Shown: in pieces, positions 12,421-25,199 of the stretch | Layout of the letters: each line of letters starts with the position of its first letter | Position numbering within the stretch: the first letter of the stretch is position 1 | Source: Lama guanicoe | Taxonomy: Eukaryota | Direction of reading: 5' to 3' | Length of the DNA: 64,000 nt | NCBI GenBank assembly: GCA_013239625.1 | Contig: MU053304.1 | Coordinates: forward strand, 2,542,001-2,606,000 | Notes under the pieces: model-generated | What the model was told of the DNA's origin: nothing | Databases searched by the model: none | The model's input: the letters and a program-made list of their open reading frames with translations, nothing else | Translations under genes and position numbers: made by a program

Positions 12421-14229
12421 GACTTCCTTAGAAAAGTATTTGGTGCAGGAGGAAGATTGACCAGTGTCCAGATGTCAAAAGAGACCCCAGTTTTAGGACA
12501 TACCTTAAAGTTGTTGGGTAGGTTGCCTGCTAAATGTCTGAGTTCCACTGAGTAATGCCAAGTGGCTTTAAATCATGAACAAAGGACAAAGAGAAATGAT
12601 TCTAATATAAATTTCCATTTGTCTCTATTCACTGCAGACGGCACGCTCCTGCCTTAAAGTCGTGGACAGATGGCTCAGTGACAGGCAGTGGGATTCATAT
12701 GTGCAGGACTGAATCTCATTACACTCTAACAAGAAAATCATAATGGGAACAATCAAAGGCACGCCTGGCTAATCACATGCAAGAGGCACTGAGTTTTTTT
12801 GTTTTTTTAATTTAAAACTAAGGGCAGGGACATTCTCTTGCAATCTGAGAAATCTGATGATGAATGTTAGTTTCAATATCTTTTATTTCCTTTGTCCCTT
12901 GAAAATCTAGGTAAACCAATGCAATGTAAAAATCTGATCTCCAGTTACACTACAGTGATTTTTATCACTGTGTTTTCCCTCAATATTATGCAGGAGACAG
13001 CATCTCTTTTTTTTCTTCTTATTATTATGATCTTGCTAAAAGTTCTTTAAGATGTCTGTTATAAGCCACTTTCTACCCTTTAAATATGTTCAGTCAATAA
13101 AGAAAAGAGTCTCACCATAATCCTCTGGCATCATCATCCACAAACTCAGCGAATTTTAATACATAACTAATGACACCAGCCTCTATTTTAGTTTATGATG
13201 GGATTTTTACATGGGATAGGACCAGACTTACCTTAAAATGCATTGAAAATGCCAGCAATCTCAAATATTTCGTGGAACTTACTTCATTAAGACTCTGCAT
13301 CCATGCAAGACTGCTTTGGGAATAGAAATAGTGAAATGCTATTTTTTTTCAAAATTATTAACAACTTTAAAAATCCATGTCTATTTTTAAATGATCACTC
13401 TGTGTCCTGTAAGCATCTGGGCACAGGTGGGATTTCAAGAAACTCTTTCATCCATAAAGGAGAACAAGCTTATTAACCTGAAAATTCTAACACTCTACTT
13501 GCTGTGAATATATAAGAGAGCAATTGAATTAATAGATCACAAGGGAGGTAAAGGGATGATGAAGGTTTCTCGGTGTAAGTGAAGGCTCCAGCAGATATTA
13601 GGGACTGATGGAATAAGTGAGGCTGGGTGGATGCTGAGATCAGAAAATACTGCTGAGCATCTGTTACATATATAATGAAGTGGGGTGGGGGTAAGATGGG
13701 GGTTTGTTCATACAAGAAGGCAGACTAATGTGAAAAGCCTCTCAAGACATCTCTCATGAAACGCTAGGTAAAGCAATAAAAGCATTACGGCCATCGCATG
13801 GCTGAGGTACCAAGAAAGAAGGGAAGTCCGTGAGTGGTGGAAATAAACCACAGGGGAAGAAGTATCGACAGGGGGACAGTTTTTCCAGAGGGCTGTCAGG
13901 GAGGGACAGTGCCCAAAGTGAGGGACCGGGCTGTCATTGCTTTGTGCAACCAAGAAAAGAGGACTTTAGCCTGCATGAAACCGGTCATGATTAAGGAAAT
14001 GTCTGCTTTCTGGAGGAAAATAATCCACTTAACAAATGTACCCGCCCACAGGAGAAGGCAAGGGCTACCCCTGTCTACCCTTTGGGGCTGTAGTGGGGAC
14101 TATGTTCCCCTGAGAATTCTAAAACCCAATCCTGTCCACGAGGGTGGTCTGTGGTAGAAAAGTGCAAATATCTGTGATCCAGGGCCACAGAATACCAAAA
14201 GTGTGCATCCAACAGATTTCCTAGGCCTG

Positions 14230-14640
14230 TGGAAATACTACTTGGCATTTGGTAGAAGAAAAAGAAGACTGTCTTGGATCCACGCCATCAGAATTCCCAG
14301 ACAGAGCTCTGCGTAAGTTAGGTTCACAAACCAAAATTATAAAACAAGCAAGAGAACAAGCCACCATAAGCAAGAGGCTGCACATGCAGAAATGTAGGAG
14401 TAGAATCCTGAGATGTCCTGATCAAAAAATTGTCCAAGAGAAGCTATAAAATTAAAAAAAGATTTTAAATGATTAGAAGTATACAAGAAGATGGGACAAC
14501 AAAAGAGCAGACTGCTTTTAAAAATGCACCAGAAATTAAAAGAAAACATAGTTATTCAAATGATAAATCCTCAACAAATGGGTAAAATTGTAGATAAGAT
14601 ACAGCTGAAGAAAAAATTGGTATAAAGGAAGATAAATCTG
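14230..14640 (+). mobile_element. Old L1 5'/ORF1-region fragment
   Basis: A-rich sequence with gatacagctgaagaaaaaattggtataaaggaagataaatctg, matching the ORF1 coiled-coil region. Confidence 0.6.
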
Positions 14641-14642
14641 GA

Positions 14643-14800
14643 CAGTAAGCTCTCAGTCTTGGCTGCATAGTAGAATCCCCTGAAACGTTTAAAAATCCCA
14701 GTGTCCAGGCTGTACTCACAGCACTTAGATCAAAACCTCTGCAGTAAAGATCTAGGTATCAGCATTTCTTGAAGTTCCGAGGTTGGTGACAATATTGGTT
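14643..14800. mobile_element. MER5A-like hAT-Charlie MITE
   Basis: cttggctgcatagtagaatcccctg...aaaaatcccagtgtccaggctg...aggtatcagcattt. Confidence 0.7.
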
Positions 14801-15987
14801 GTTCTAGCAAGAGCTGCCTTGGAGGCAGCAAACAAGAAGATGGGTAATGCCAACAGCATGATCCAGAGGGAAAAAAACATGCACAAACACACGAACTAGG
14901 TCTGTTTTAGTTCTGTATTGTCTTGAGTACCTTTTCTGTGCTGGATACCGCATAAAAGGATAAGTGAGATGTCAAAACTAAAAATTTCAAGGTGCATCTT
15001 TAAGCACAGTTACCACAAAATCCAAACCTACCAATGTGCTGCTTTGCAGGAAATTAGATGGCAGCTGAGATTTAGCTGAACATAGAAAGAACAGCATCGC
15101 AAGAAAGGCATATTCAGAAATCTCAACCCATCGGGGTACGTGCATGAAACTTGTGTGTTTTCCCCAACAACTTCCTCCAGCTGTGCTGCACTGAACTTCG
15201 AGGGGCTGCAGTCCTCCACAATCTTCAGTCCCTCTGCCACGGGGGTCCTAGCAGCAACCTCACCTGTGGCCAGCTCTCCTGCATCCTCATGAGTGAGTCT
15301 TTGGGTCTTCCCTTCTCTAGGGGAAACAGTCCCACGTCCCCATTGGGAAAGGAGGGAGCAATCTTCCCATGGACACTGAACTCCCTGCTTTGTCCCAGTA
15401 CCCCCCTCCCCGGAACATGTCTGGTGATAGGGGGGAACAGTGAGTGGTGTTAGGGTCTGAACTGGAGGCTTTCAGGAAATCTGTGGGAAGGAAGATGAGC
15501 CCAGTGATGGTGATTCCACGACCCAAGAACGTATCATGTTCTGCTTTAAGCCCTTGTCTGAGCCTGGGATCACTGGAAACAATGCACTGGTCACACCATT
15601 CGTGGTAACGATGTGAAAGATTCTTCACCCGCCCAGCCTTAAAAATAAACATGAAAAATGTAATAAGCCTTTTTTTCTCTTGCCATATCCCTTTCCCACA
15701 ATGATAACTCCTCACTTATTTTAAAATAAAATTGTTCTTAATTGTTATGCTTTTCCAATAATCTTGTTAAATTCTTGAAATGTTGAGAAACATCCACAAT
15801 TCAGAATTATTTCTTGGAATGGATTTCACCATAAAGTGTAAAATGCTGACAGTCTTTAAAAACAGAGAGTGATATTAATATCTCCCAGTTTACTAGTTTG
15901 CTCTAGTTTATATTGGTTAAAGATGGTGTGACAAACCGCGTCTCATTAAGCGTTCAGAGCCCGGATGCCTACGATTTTCTGCGCTAC

Positions 15988-16003
15988 ACTGCCACCCAGT
16001 GGC
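15988..16003 (-). promoter_or_regulatory. CTCF-like motif in a locally CpG-preserved patch
   Basis: Reverse complement gccactgggtggcagt(gtag); several CpGs cluster at 15935-16020 in otherwise AT-rich DNA. Confidence 0.55.
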
Positions 16004-17329
16004 TTATTTTATTACGCTACACTAGCTAGAACAATTTGCCTTTGTAAGAACCATCTTTTTTTTTAAAACAGAGCAATGACAGTCCAGATATTAGCATGTA
16101 CTTACTATTATACAGCACTGTTCACCTGTCTCAATGAAAGACTCATAAAGCTAGTTTTTAAAATCACAAAAGAAAATCCCATTTTATTGACCTTGTTATA
16201 TTATCTCTGTTTCACGAAATCAAGATTATATTGATTATATTCTGAAGGTATCTTAATAAAAATGTATAGAAACAGAGAGGTAGGGGCTGCTTACAAATGA
16301 TTTCTTTAACTGTGTCATTCCGCATACGAGAAAACTTAAATCCAGAAAGGAAAACATATTCCAAGCGTTTGTTGAAAGCCTCATGACTAATTGGTGAATT
16401 CAGATCAAAACCCCAGGCGCTGTGACTTACAGCCAGGACTTTTCTGTAATTTGGCTTCATTCATTAAGAAAACTATGTCACCAATTTATTGGAGAATGAG
16501 TCAGGGAGTCATGGAAATGATTAGCAAGATGAGAGAAGTTCAAATTATTTTATGGACTAAAATTAAAGGCCCCATGAAGCAACATTACACGTACATAGTG
16601 AGCTTTACTCCCTGGACAGTAACAGAAGGTCTTGGAGACATAAACTCAGGGCAGTGCTTCAGCCCAAAGGGAAGCTCATTACTGGCACATAACTCATATT
16701 TTCAGTAACACTAATGATATATGTCATAGTTGCTGTACTTCTTAGCTATGTGAAAGGAAAATGCTCCATTAAACCCTAGGGATTATGTAGGAAAAACAGC
16801 TAGGCTGAATTATCGTTCATCTTAATGCCTGACCCTACATTAAAAGAAAAGGAAAGAAACTGCCAAAAACAGTTTTTCCTTTTTTTTTCTAAGCTCTGTA
16901 TCCATTTCATCACAATTTCTTAACATAAAAACCTGCCTGTTATAGATTTTTGAGGTTTTAGAAATCATGCGTTAGTGCTAAATCATGTGCGAAATTGACA
17001 ATTCCAGCTCGTATTCAAAAAACGATCTGAATAATCCTTTCAGTAGAATAACTGAGAAAGTATTACTGAAGTTATTGCTTTTAAAAAAACCATTCAGAAA
17101 ATCTCAAATTAAACAAAGATACTTTTTAAAAATAATCAAATATACAATCAGGTGGGAATGATACTACTGGAAAAAAAAAGAAAAAACCAAACATGTGCTT
17201 ATATATGATGATTAAACATGAGGACCAACATAAGTCTACTTAAAGTGTGATCCTGATTTACAAGACCAAGCTTTAAAAATTAGATGCTTTCAGTGGAAAT
17301 AAATCACCTAAGGATAAAGCGAGAACAAA

Positions 17330-17475
17330 GCTTCCCTGGGGACTGACATCATCAGCATAATCTGGGAACTGGGAGGAAAGTTAAATGGCCAGGTCCTGGG
17401 CAAACCTCCTGTTTTGGAAACTCCCATAATGGGGCCCAGAAATCTTTATTCACACATGTCCTGCAAGTGCTTCAT
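17330..17475. mobile_element. MER5A-like MITE
   Basis: catcagcataatctgggaact...ggggcccagaaatct. Confidence 0.55.
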
Positions 17476-17582
17476 AGGCCTCTAGAGCTTTGAAGCAATG
17501 GTGCAGTCCCACCGTAGACTTGTTCCCTTCTGTCCTCAGATGGTTTATTCCTAAATAGCAAGATCTCATTGCTAACACCCAC

Positions 17583-18326
17583 TGTGGCGGTCATCAGTGT
17601 GTTGCCTCTCAACTCCAAATCACCCTGCGTTACCCTCTTCCGCAATGAGGAGACGGGGCGGGGCACGCCCTCCTACCTGGGCTGGAACCAGGCTGTCAGT
17701 GGAGGGCGCGGCTTGCTGCAGGGTGCTGTGGGAGGAGGCTATCTCTGCCTGGCTCTGAGGCGCCCCTCTGTCTAGGTTCCTCCAACATGAGCTTCTCCTG
17801 TAGGGCAGGGTGGTCAGCACTGTCCTGTCAGCAGCATCCCCGACACCCCCTTGGGCATCATCGCAGCAGAGTGCGTGGGTACCCCACCCACCGGTGAACC
17901 CGTTCCGGGCGCTCCCTGCGGCAGCTCTGCATTAAGCCTCCAGGTGCAGCGCCTTCCTGTGGACGGAATTTCCCAGTAACCCCGAGGGCAGATTTCTAGA
18001 GAGTTGCACCTGCGTAGAAACTCTGTGACTTCTCTGCCAACCAGTGAGCCATGGCATGCCCTCCCTCTCAAATAAAGACAGGAATTCAGCCCAGAGGAGT
18101 GTGCAGAGGTGGGGGAACCTCTTTCTCGGGTGCTCTGTCTCAGACCTAAGGGGTGTAGCTGTTCCTAGTACCTGCTACTTCTGTATTCTTCAGAGTTCTT
18201 TACCTCTTCGAGCAATCCAGTACCTCCTTACACCAATCCTCTGTTAATAGTTATTAACTCTTTAACATTTTCTTGTTCAAATTGCTGTGGGCTTCCTGTC
18301 TCTCTGACTGGACCCTGAACGATGTA
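17583..18326 (+). mobile_element. ERVL solo LTR (LTR41-like) carrying a CTCF motif
   Basis: Starts tgtggcggtcatcagtgtgttgcctctcaactccaaatc and ends tctctgactggaccctgaacgatgta. CTCF-like tgtcagtggagggcgc at 17694-17709. Confidence 0.8.
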
Positions 18327-19348
18327 TTAGCTTTTCCATTAGATCCTCCTGGAATATGGAATCAATTAACAGCTTGTATCTAGCTGCAACTCACAGAGGC
18401 CTTAAACATATCTAAGCCACATTAATATTTAGATAGATAAGTCATTTAATTTTTTATTAGGGAAAAACTCTCATAAGCATGTGAATATTGAGGGCCTTTT
18501 AGCATCATTCAAATCGAGCCATACTGAATCTCTACCTGCATCTAGCAGTAATAATAATGCTATTTAGTGCTTACAGTTTTTAAAAGCTCTTTCCTATGTA
18601 TTATATGATTTTGAATAAAATTCTTGTGGTAGAAGGAAAGTTGAAGCAGTACCTGTAGTAAATGTAGCTGCAATGCCGGGGCGTCACCTCACATGCGGCC
18701 ACACCGCACCCAGCAGAGTGATGACAATGAGCCCAGATTCCCGGGAAGTCCTCTCTGTCACAGCTTCTCCTGGTGTCTGATAACAACAGAGAACACTTCA
18801 CCATACGGTCCTCAACGGACAGTTCTAGCTTTTATGATGTGCGTTTAGGAAAAGGCAGAGAAGGGGTACATTAGTGGTTTTGGTTCTCCTTGACCTTTTA
18901 TGGATTCTAATATCAAACTCAAATATAAAAAGCGTGGCCATCCAAGCAGGGAGAATGCTTAAGAGATTTAACTTCCCTCCTTACGTTTGCCTCACATCAT
19001 GGGGATTTTAGACTTTCAAATTCTCTAGACTAGATCAAAAATAGAATTTTTGAAGCATTTTTCAGCTAACGAGGAATCACTTATCCCTTGGCACCTTTTG
19101 GCAACCTCTGCTAATTTCAGAACATCCTTCCTCTTCCCGCCACTTAATCACCTGCCCTTGGAGTCAGGAAGACATAAGGTTAGGGATCAGGAGAGACGTG
19201 TGCCGGGCTGGTATTTAGACTCATAACCTGAAAATGTCTCTTGCTTTCCTTTCTCTAAATGGAAGGGCTATATTTTTCTCACTAACCCTTGTTACCATGT
19301 GGCCTAGTATATGTCTTATTAATGTTTTCACTATCTCTCTCTTCATCC

Positions 19349-19620
19349 ACCAGCTAAATTGACAGAGAAAATATAGACTCCAATTAAATTTGAATTCCTG
19401 ATCATTAATGAATAACTTTTTCATATAAATATGTCCCATGCAATATTTGGGACACTCTTATACTAAAAAAATGTAGCGGTAGTGTGTTCCATGTAATAAT
19501 TGACACATAGTAAGCAACACAAATTTTTGGCATGACCTTAATTTTTTATGACATGTAATTATACTAGAAAGTTATTCATTGATTCTCTGAAATTCACACT
19601 TGAGTGGGCGTTTGCACGGC
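19349..19620. mobile_element. MER53-like palindromic hAT MITE with an expanded centre
   Basis: The left arm aattaaatttgaattcctgat...gaataactttt pairs with aaagttattcattg...ctgaaattcac; central tatgtcccatgcaatatttgggaca. Confidence 0.8.
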
Positions 19621-20289
19621 CCCCTCCCAGACCCTTGTCCTCCCCTTCCCCCATGCCTGCAGTGGAGGCGTCAGGAGGGCTGGCATCCTTGTTTAGCTGT
19701 TTCTGTCACTTTGCGTTTCTTCTTTTCTCCCCTATATCCTAGCAAAGGACATGGCACTTAGATGGATCTTGAAAGATATTTGGAATAGAGAGGTGTAGGT
19801 TTCCCACCAAAATGGCAAATTTGCTCCCTATCCAAAGCCCATTTTCACAGTAATAAAGATGGGCAGAGATCTGGATGAGAAGCTACTGAACACACCTGCA
19901 GTCTGCTTCACCTCCCTTGGGCAGTGCCTCCTCTCCATCTTTCCTGAGCCCCTCGGAGTGATGGATTACAAACCAGGAGAACGTCCACCTCCAAATGCTG
20001 CCTGTACTCTAGCTGTCGAGAGTGAAACCCTTACAGTGGGTTGCTCCCAAGAATCCCCGATAACCAGGAGTGAGCCTCGGCTCTTCTGCCGGACTCTGGA
20101 CTCTGCCCCGACCTCACCGCACTGTGGTTTGGCATTCTTTCTGTCGGCACCACATTTGATCAGCCCAATTTGCTGGTCCCCTCCTAGGAACCTGAGCTCC
20201 CAGACCAAAGCAGCTCACAAGTTGAGTGGTACAGTCACTCCAAAAAGAGTGCCCAGTGCCTGCTGGACACACCGGTCCCTCTGCCACAG

Positions 20290-22300
20290 AACGGCTGCAG
20301 CATGATTCCCGGAGTTTACAACAGGCATTGGAAATGCACTTGATTAGATGAGCGTGGAAATTAACAACAGGAAGCACCTCCGGAAGTCACTACAGACAAT
20401 GCAGTGGAAACAGTAGGTATACAAAGTATTCAAAATCTAGAACATCCCAAGTGGGTACAGCCGGCAAACAGATGGCTCGGCCAAACCCGTCCCGGCTCCC
20501 CCTTCTGTAGAAATGAAACGCACTGCTTATCCTGGGACGAGGCTGTGCACCGTCAGGTCTCTGCTCCGCCCCGGCCTCCGTGCTCACCACTGCCCGAGAA
20601 AAGGAAACAGACGCTTTCTGCTTCAGTAAAGTCACCCCCGTGGTAGTTCAGCGAGCTGTGCCTCTTCCCTCCTCTGATCCGTGACTACACGGGGTCCCTA
20701 GTGCCCAGCCCGGCCCTCCTCCGTCCCCGAGGGAACCCCGCTCTCCTCTCCCGCAGACAGGCGACTCCGGCTGGTTCCCTCCCGCAGGCAGCGGCGCGCG
20801 GGTTAAGACGAGACCTCTCTGGTCAGCTCCGCCGCGAGGAGGCTGGTGAACCGGCGAAATGCGTGTGTCCCGGTGCCTCACTTTCTCCTTCTGACAAACG
20901 GGGGTAACAAGAGTGTCCATGTCGTGGGGCATTTGTGGAGCTTCCGAATGGTTATGTCTAGAGAACACTTCGCACCGTGCCTGGTCTATTCCGAGCAAAG
21001 TAGCAACGAGTTCTTTTAAATGTGGTTAATGCCATTCTAGGGCTATAAGTATATGCAAACCACTTATTCAGAGAAGCTGGGCTTTTGGGCAATTTTGTGG
21101 TCTGATACGAATGGAGCCGTAGAGCAGAGGGCTCCCCATGAAGGTCTTCTGTTGTCCAGATGCGGGAAGGGCTTGGCAAGGAGGCGGGGATGGACAAAAT
21201 AAATGGGCTCGCGTCGCCCTCTAGTGGCGAGTAGGAGAAAGTGCTGGGGAAGGAGCCATTGTTCTCGCTCACCTGCAGCCAGCCAGCCACTCAGGCTCCA
21301 TCCCAGGCCAGTGTCTCTGCGGGGCCCCCAACCCACATGGAGATGGTGCTAGAATACAGCCCTGGAAAGCTCACTGTGCTGGGGAACGCCTCCAAGTTTC
21401 TCCTCTAACTCCCCAGGGCCTGGCCCACATCTACTCACCTAAGACTGAGCCTTCCCCTCCGCCTTGACCTTGCCTCCCCAGGCTGTTTGGTGCACCTCCT
21501 CTGTCCCCAGAGATGCTGGGGATGTGGTTAAAGAGGCTCGGGCATGTTTACAGAGCCCTCCCCTCTTGTGAGGTTTTGCCCAGGTCCCCGGGCGGGGAGG
21601 AGGGGGAGAGGAAGAGTGTTCCTTCTAGACACACCCAGACGCCAAGAGCCCGGGGGCTCAGGCTGCGGCAGGTAAGCCCGGGGGACCCAGGAGCCCGGAG
21701 GAGGCATCAGGACGCCCGCGGCATGGTTGTGGGGTGAAGGGGGTCAGGAAGGCCTCCCTCAGGGGAGAGGAGGGTTTGAGGGGAGATCCGGTTAGAAAAG
21801 GAGTTTTGGGGGTGAGTGAACACTGAGAGGAACGTGACCCAAGGGACCCGAGAGGAGACGCGCGGATTTGCGAGAGCTGGCGAGGCAGCGGAGACCACGC
21901 TGAGGCAGTCGGCTTGTTCAACAAACGCCCGGAGCCCCCGGTGAGGAGCTGAGTGTCCACACTCCCGGTCCCGCTCCTGCCGTCACAGCAGGCTTCACCC
22001 AAAGTGGTCTGTGGCCGCCAGTCTTTTGGGGAAACCCTTTCCTTCCTTCCCCACGGGGATGCTTGGTGGAAGAGCATTCCAGAAGGAGAGGCCAACAAGG
22101 ACAAATGTCCAAAGGTGGCAGCTGCTCGGCTTGCCTGAAGAACAGTCCGGAGGCCAGTGTGGCTGGTACGGGGCTGTGCTATCAGACGCAGGAAAGCTTT
22201 TCTGGGGTCTCCTAACTCCCGCACCATCACGGTTTCCATGACACCCATCAGGCCTGTGAGAGGCTGCAAACAGGCTGCCCAGAAGGCCAAGCGGTCAGCA
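20290..22300. promoter_or_regulatory. CpG-island-like, probably bidirectional promoter region
   Basis: High GC and CpG at 20450-20900 and 21580-22030; ETS motifs caggaag and ccggaagt at ~20368-20387; GC box gggcgggg at ~21590; strong donors CAG|GTAAGC (+, 21671/21672) and TAG|GTGAGT, CAG|GTGAGC (-, 21438 and 21272). Confidence 0.65.
21213..21228 (-). promoter_or_regulatory. Strong CTCF motif
   Basis: Reverse complement gccactagagggcgac is near-consensus. Confidence 0.65.
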
Positions 22301-23819
22301 AAGAGTAATTCCTGTGGTCACTGTTAGGTCCTAACAAGAACAGAGCATTTGCGAGGGGAGGGTATTGATTTGTTTAATTTGCTTGTTTTTAATAAGGTCA
22401 TTTATTTCCCTGGATCTCGGTGACTCCGGGCCCTAGATCATTGTCGATGTAACTTCTGGTCCTGAATGCAAGGCCTGTGGGAGCGCAGGGTGTGGGTGGC
22501 TCCAGGGGCAGGAAGCAGAGGAGAACCACTGTTACTCCGTTGCACACTTTATTGGAAAAACAGCCGAATTCCACAGAAACATTTTCAGATGTCAGGTACT
22601 AGGGAAGAGCCTCTGCTTGCTTCAGCTCTGAATGTCCAGTGCCCAGTGTCCTGTCTGGCACAAACGGAGACTCAAGAAATTAGCTGAAGCAAAAAGGGAG
22701 CATTTGGTGACTCTGAGACAGGCAGAGAATCCAGCAGAAGGCTCCTGGTCGGCGTCTATGGGGTGGGATGTGGGCTCACCTGCATCTTTACAGAAACTTT
22801 CAAATGCAGCTGCAGGCTTGGCCACTTTTAAGCAGTGCAGCTGGAGGTGGGGGCCTGGAATTCTTGCTCTACCCACACCTCACCCACAACGTTCCAGACC
22901 TAATCAGTTCGACTCCCAGATTGTTCCAGTCCCCACTGGTAACCACCAGCAGATGCCTCCAGAAAACGGGGCTCATTGGGTTTGGTGATAAACTAAATTG
23001 GTTTCTGAACTCTCCATCCCTTCCTCCACCCCTTCCCCTCCCATGGGAAGCCTGACCATCCAGCTACGTAGTAGAGAAAACAAGGGCCGTCAAACCACTT
23101 GTAGATCATACACTCTGGTCTGAGCTACCGCAGAAAACTTGCAGCAACCAAATGAGTTACAGACGCACAGAAAGTGGGACTCTTTGCAGGAGTGGTTGTG
23201 AAAATGCCAGATCTAGCTGAGGCACTCACCTCTGGAATGACTGGTAAATGTCACCGCACAGAAGGTTTTAGGTTTTCACTATTCACCTTCCTCATCTGTA
23301 AAATGGGCACACTGAGCTTTCCTTCCCCCAAGGGGTTATTAAGGACCTTTGTGGACATAGGAACCTTTTAAAATATAAATTAAAGTTTTAAAATTTCAGA
23401 GACGGTACACAATTGTCAAGCATTTCTCTGGTCTTATTGCCTTTAAAAGAAGCTTTTCTTGATTTTAGAACTTTAGTCATATTTTTCTTCATTACTTAGA
23501 GCCCGAATGCTTAACTAAACAAATAAACCAATGACAATGAAGTCCCCCCAAATCCCCAAATACTTTATATCTCTATATCTGTATCTATAATCCTAGTAAA
23601 CTTGAAAGATTTAAACCATCAAAGTCATGGTTAAATCACTCACCGCATCATCTTGCCCACAGTTTCCCTAACCGTGCAAGAGAGGGTTTGATCTAAAGCC
23701 TCTTCCAGTGCTCAGATCTGGTTCTCCGAGGAAGCAGATATGTGGCTCTGCCTGTCACAGCTAAATATGGGCCATGCTACCCGGAAAATGGGGCCCAGTG
23801 CTTCTCCGATGTAACCACA

Positions 23820-23940
23820 TGATTTGTCCATTTGAAAAAATACAGATTCCCAGGCCCTGCCCCAGACCTGCTGAGTCCAGTTCTCCTGCGAGGGGGCCTG
23901 AGAATCTGTGTTCTTAAGTAACACTCCTGATGTTCTCCCT
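23820..23940. mobile_element. MER5A-like MITE
   Basis: aaaatacagattcccaggccctgccccagacctgctgagtc...gggcctgagaatctg. Confidence 0.75.
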
Positions 23941-24419
23941 CTCAGGGACCTTTCAGAAGCAGTGATTTTACGGAGAGGCTCAAAGTGACCACCTGTCAAT
24001 AGATGTCCGAGGGCTTCCGTGTACTCACCTCCACGCAAGGTATCACGGGAAACCCAAACTGGTTTTGGACTTTTTCTGCCGTCACTTCCTTTCTGCTCAC
24101 ATATACACCTCTCCTTGTTAAAAATCACATGACGGAGTGGAAGTGTCCAGGAATTTAGGAATTTGCTCTGATTTTAAAGGTTTAAGTGATACTTTGGGGG
24201 TCTTCACCTCTTTGCATGCTTACCCTGCTTATCTCACAAAATGGAGAAAATATTTCTCACTGTAAGAATGACCTGCATGAAAACCCCAACTAAACCCCAA
24301 CTTTAAAAAGCATTTTGATTTGTTTGCTAAGAAATTCCCGCAGGCAACTGTGTCAGATTTTATGTCTCCTGGGAAGTTTTGAAATCTCTGTGCAGGTTTA
24401 ATAGATCAACAGAGCACAG

Positions 24420-24580
24420 TACTGTACACGGTGTGACTTTGAGCCATTAACTTAAACCCCGAAGGCTCCAGTTTTATCACTTGTAAAATGTAGATAAAAA
24501 ACCACTCTCTCACGACCCAGGGATAATTGAGGTAAGGATGCTTACCAGGTATGACCTGAAATAGTTCATTTCACTATTAA
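24420..24580 (+). mobile_element. MIR fragment
   Basis: gtgtgactttgagcc...cagttttatcacttgtaaaatg core. Confidence 0.6.
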
Positions 24581-25199
24581 TCTATTAACTTGAAGTTTTA
24601 TTCATAAATTAGAGTGTAAGTTATGACATTAAGGGTAAAGGTAAATTTTCTCTTGACTGTTTCCTTTCTTACTGTTGGTCCTCTGCTTGGGTTGAGATAA
24701 GAATCCAGTTTTGAAACTCACGGACCAAGTTCAGCCAAAGCACAAGGTCAGAGTTCTTCCCTATGTTTTGTTTAGACCTGCGGGCATGCTCGGTTCAGAA
24801 ATGGGTGGAATGATCCTTCCACCACACCACGCAGCCTCCAGGCACCACTGCTCTGCTCTGGGGTCAGGACATCCTCCCAGGAGCCCCTTCCATTAAGAGG
24901 ACCTGGGCGGGTCCTTCACATGGGCTCCCGCGCTCACTGGACAGCGTTGCTGGTCCTCGCCTACACAGACTTTCCCTCCCCCGTGCGGTCACCTCAAGGC
25001 CGGTGCAAGTCTGGGGTCTCACTTTTGGCAGAAACTCTCCACCCGCCCCCCTCAGGCCATTTCAGTGACGCCACTGCCCTCTGCAACCTCCTGAAGATGC
25101 ACGACTCCCAAACCCTCCCTTCTACCCCCCGGGATCACATTCACCCCACTGTTTGCCCCTTAAGTGCTGAACAAAGACCGGAGCAGGTTTCCAAAGCAC

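Noticed and set aside
21658..22290. 210-aa minus-strand ORF and other ORFs in the CpG island
   Set aside because: Low-information P/S/G/R-rich translations are expected in GC-rich DNA, and no domain is recognised.
22632..22988. 118-aa ORF MSSAQCPVWHKRRLKKLAEAK... after an acceptor-like site
   Set aside because: No recognisable homology, a weak Kozak context and no supporting features.
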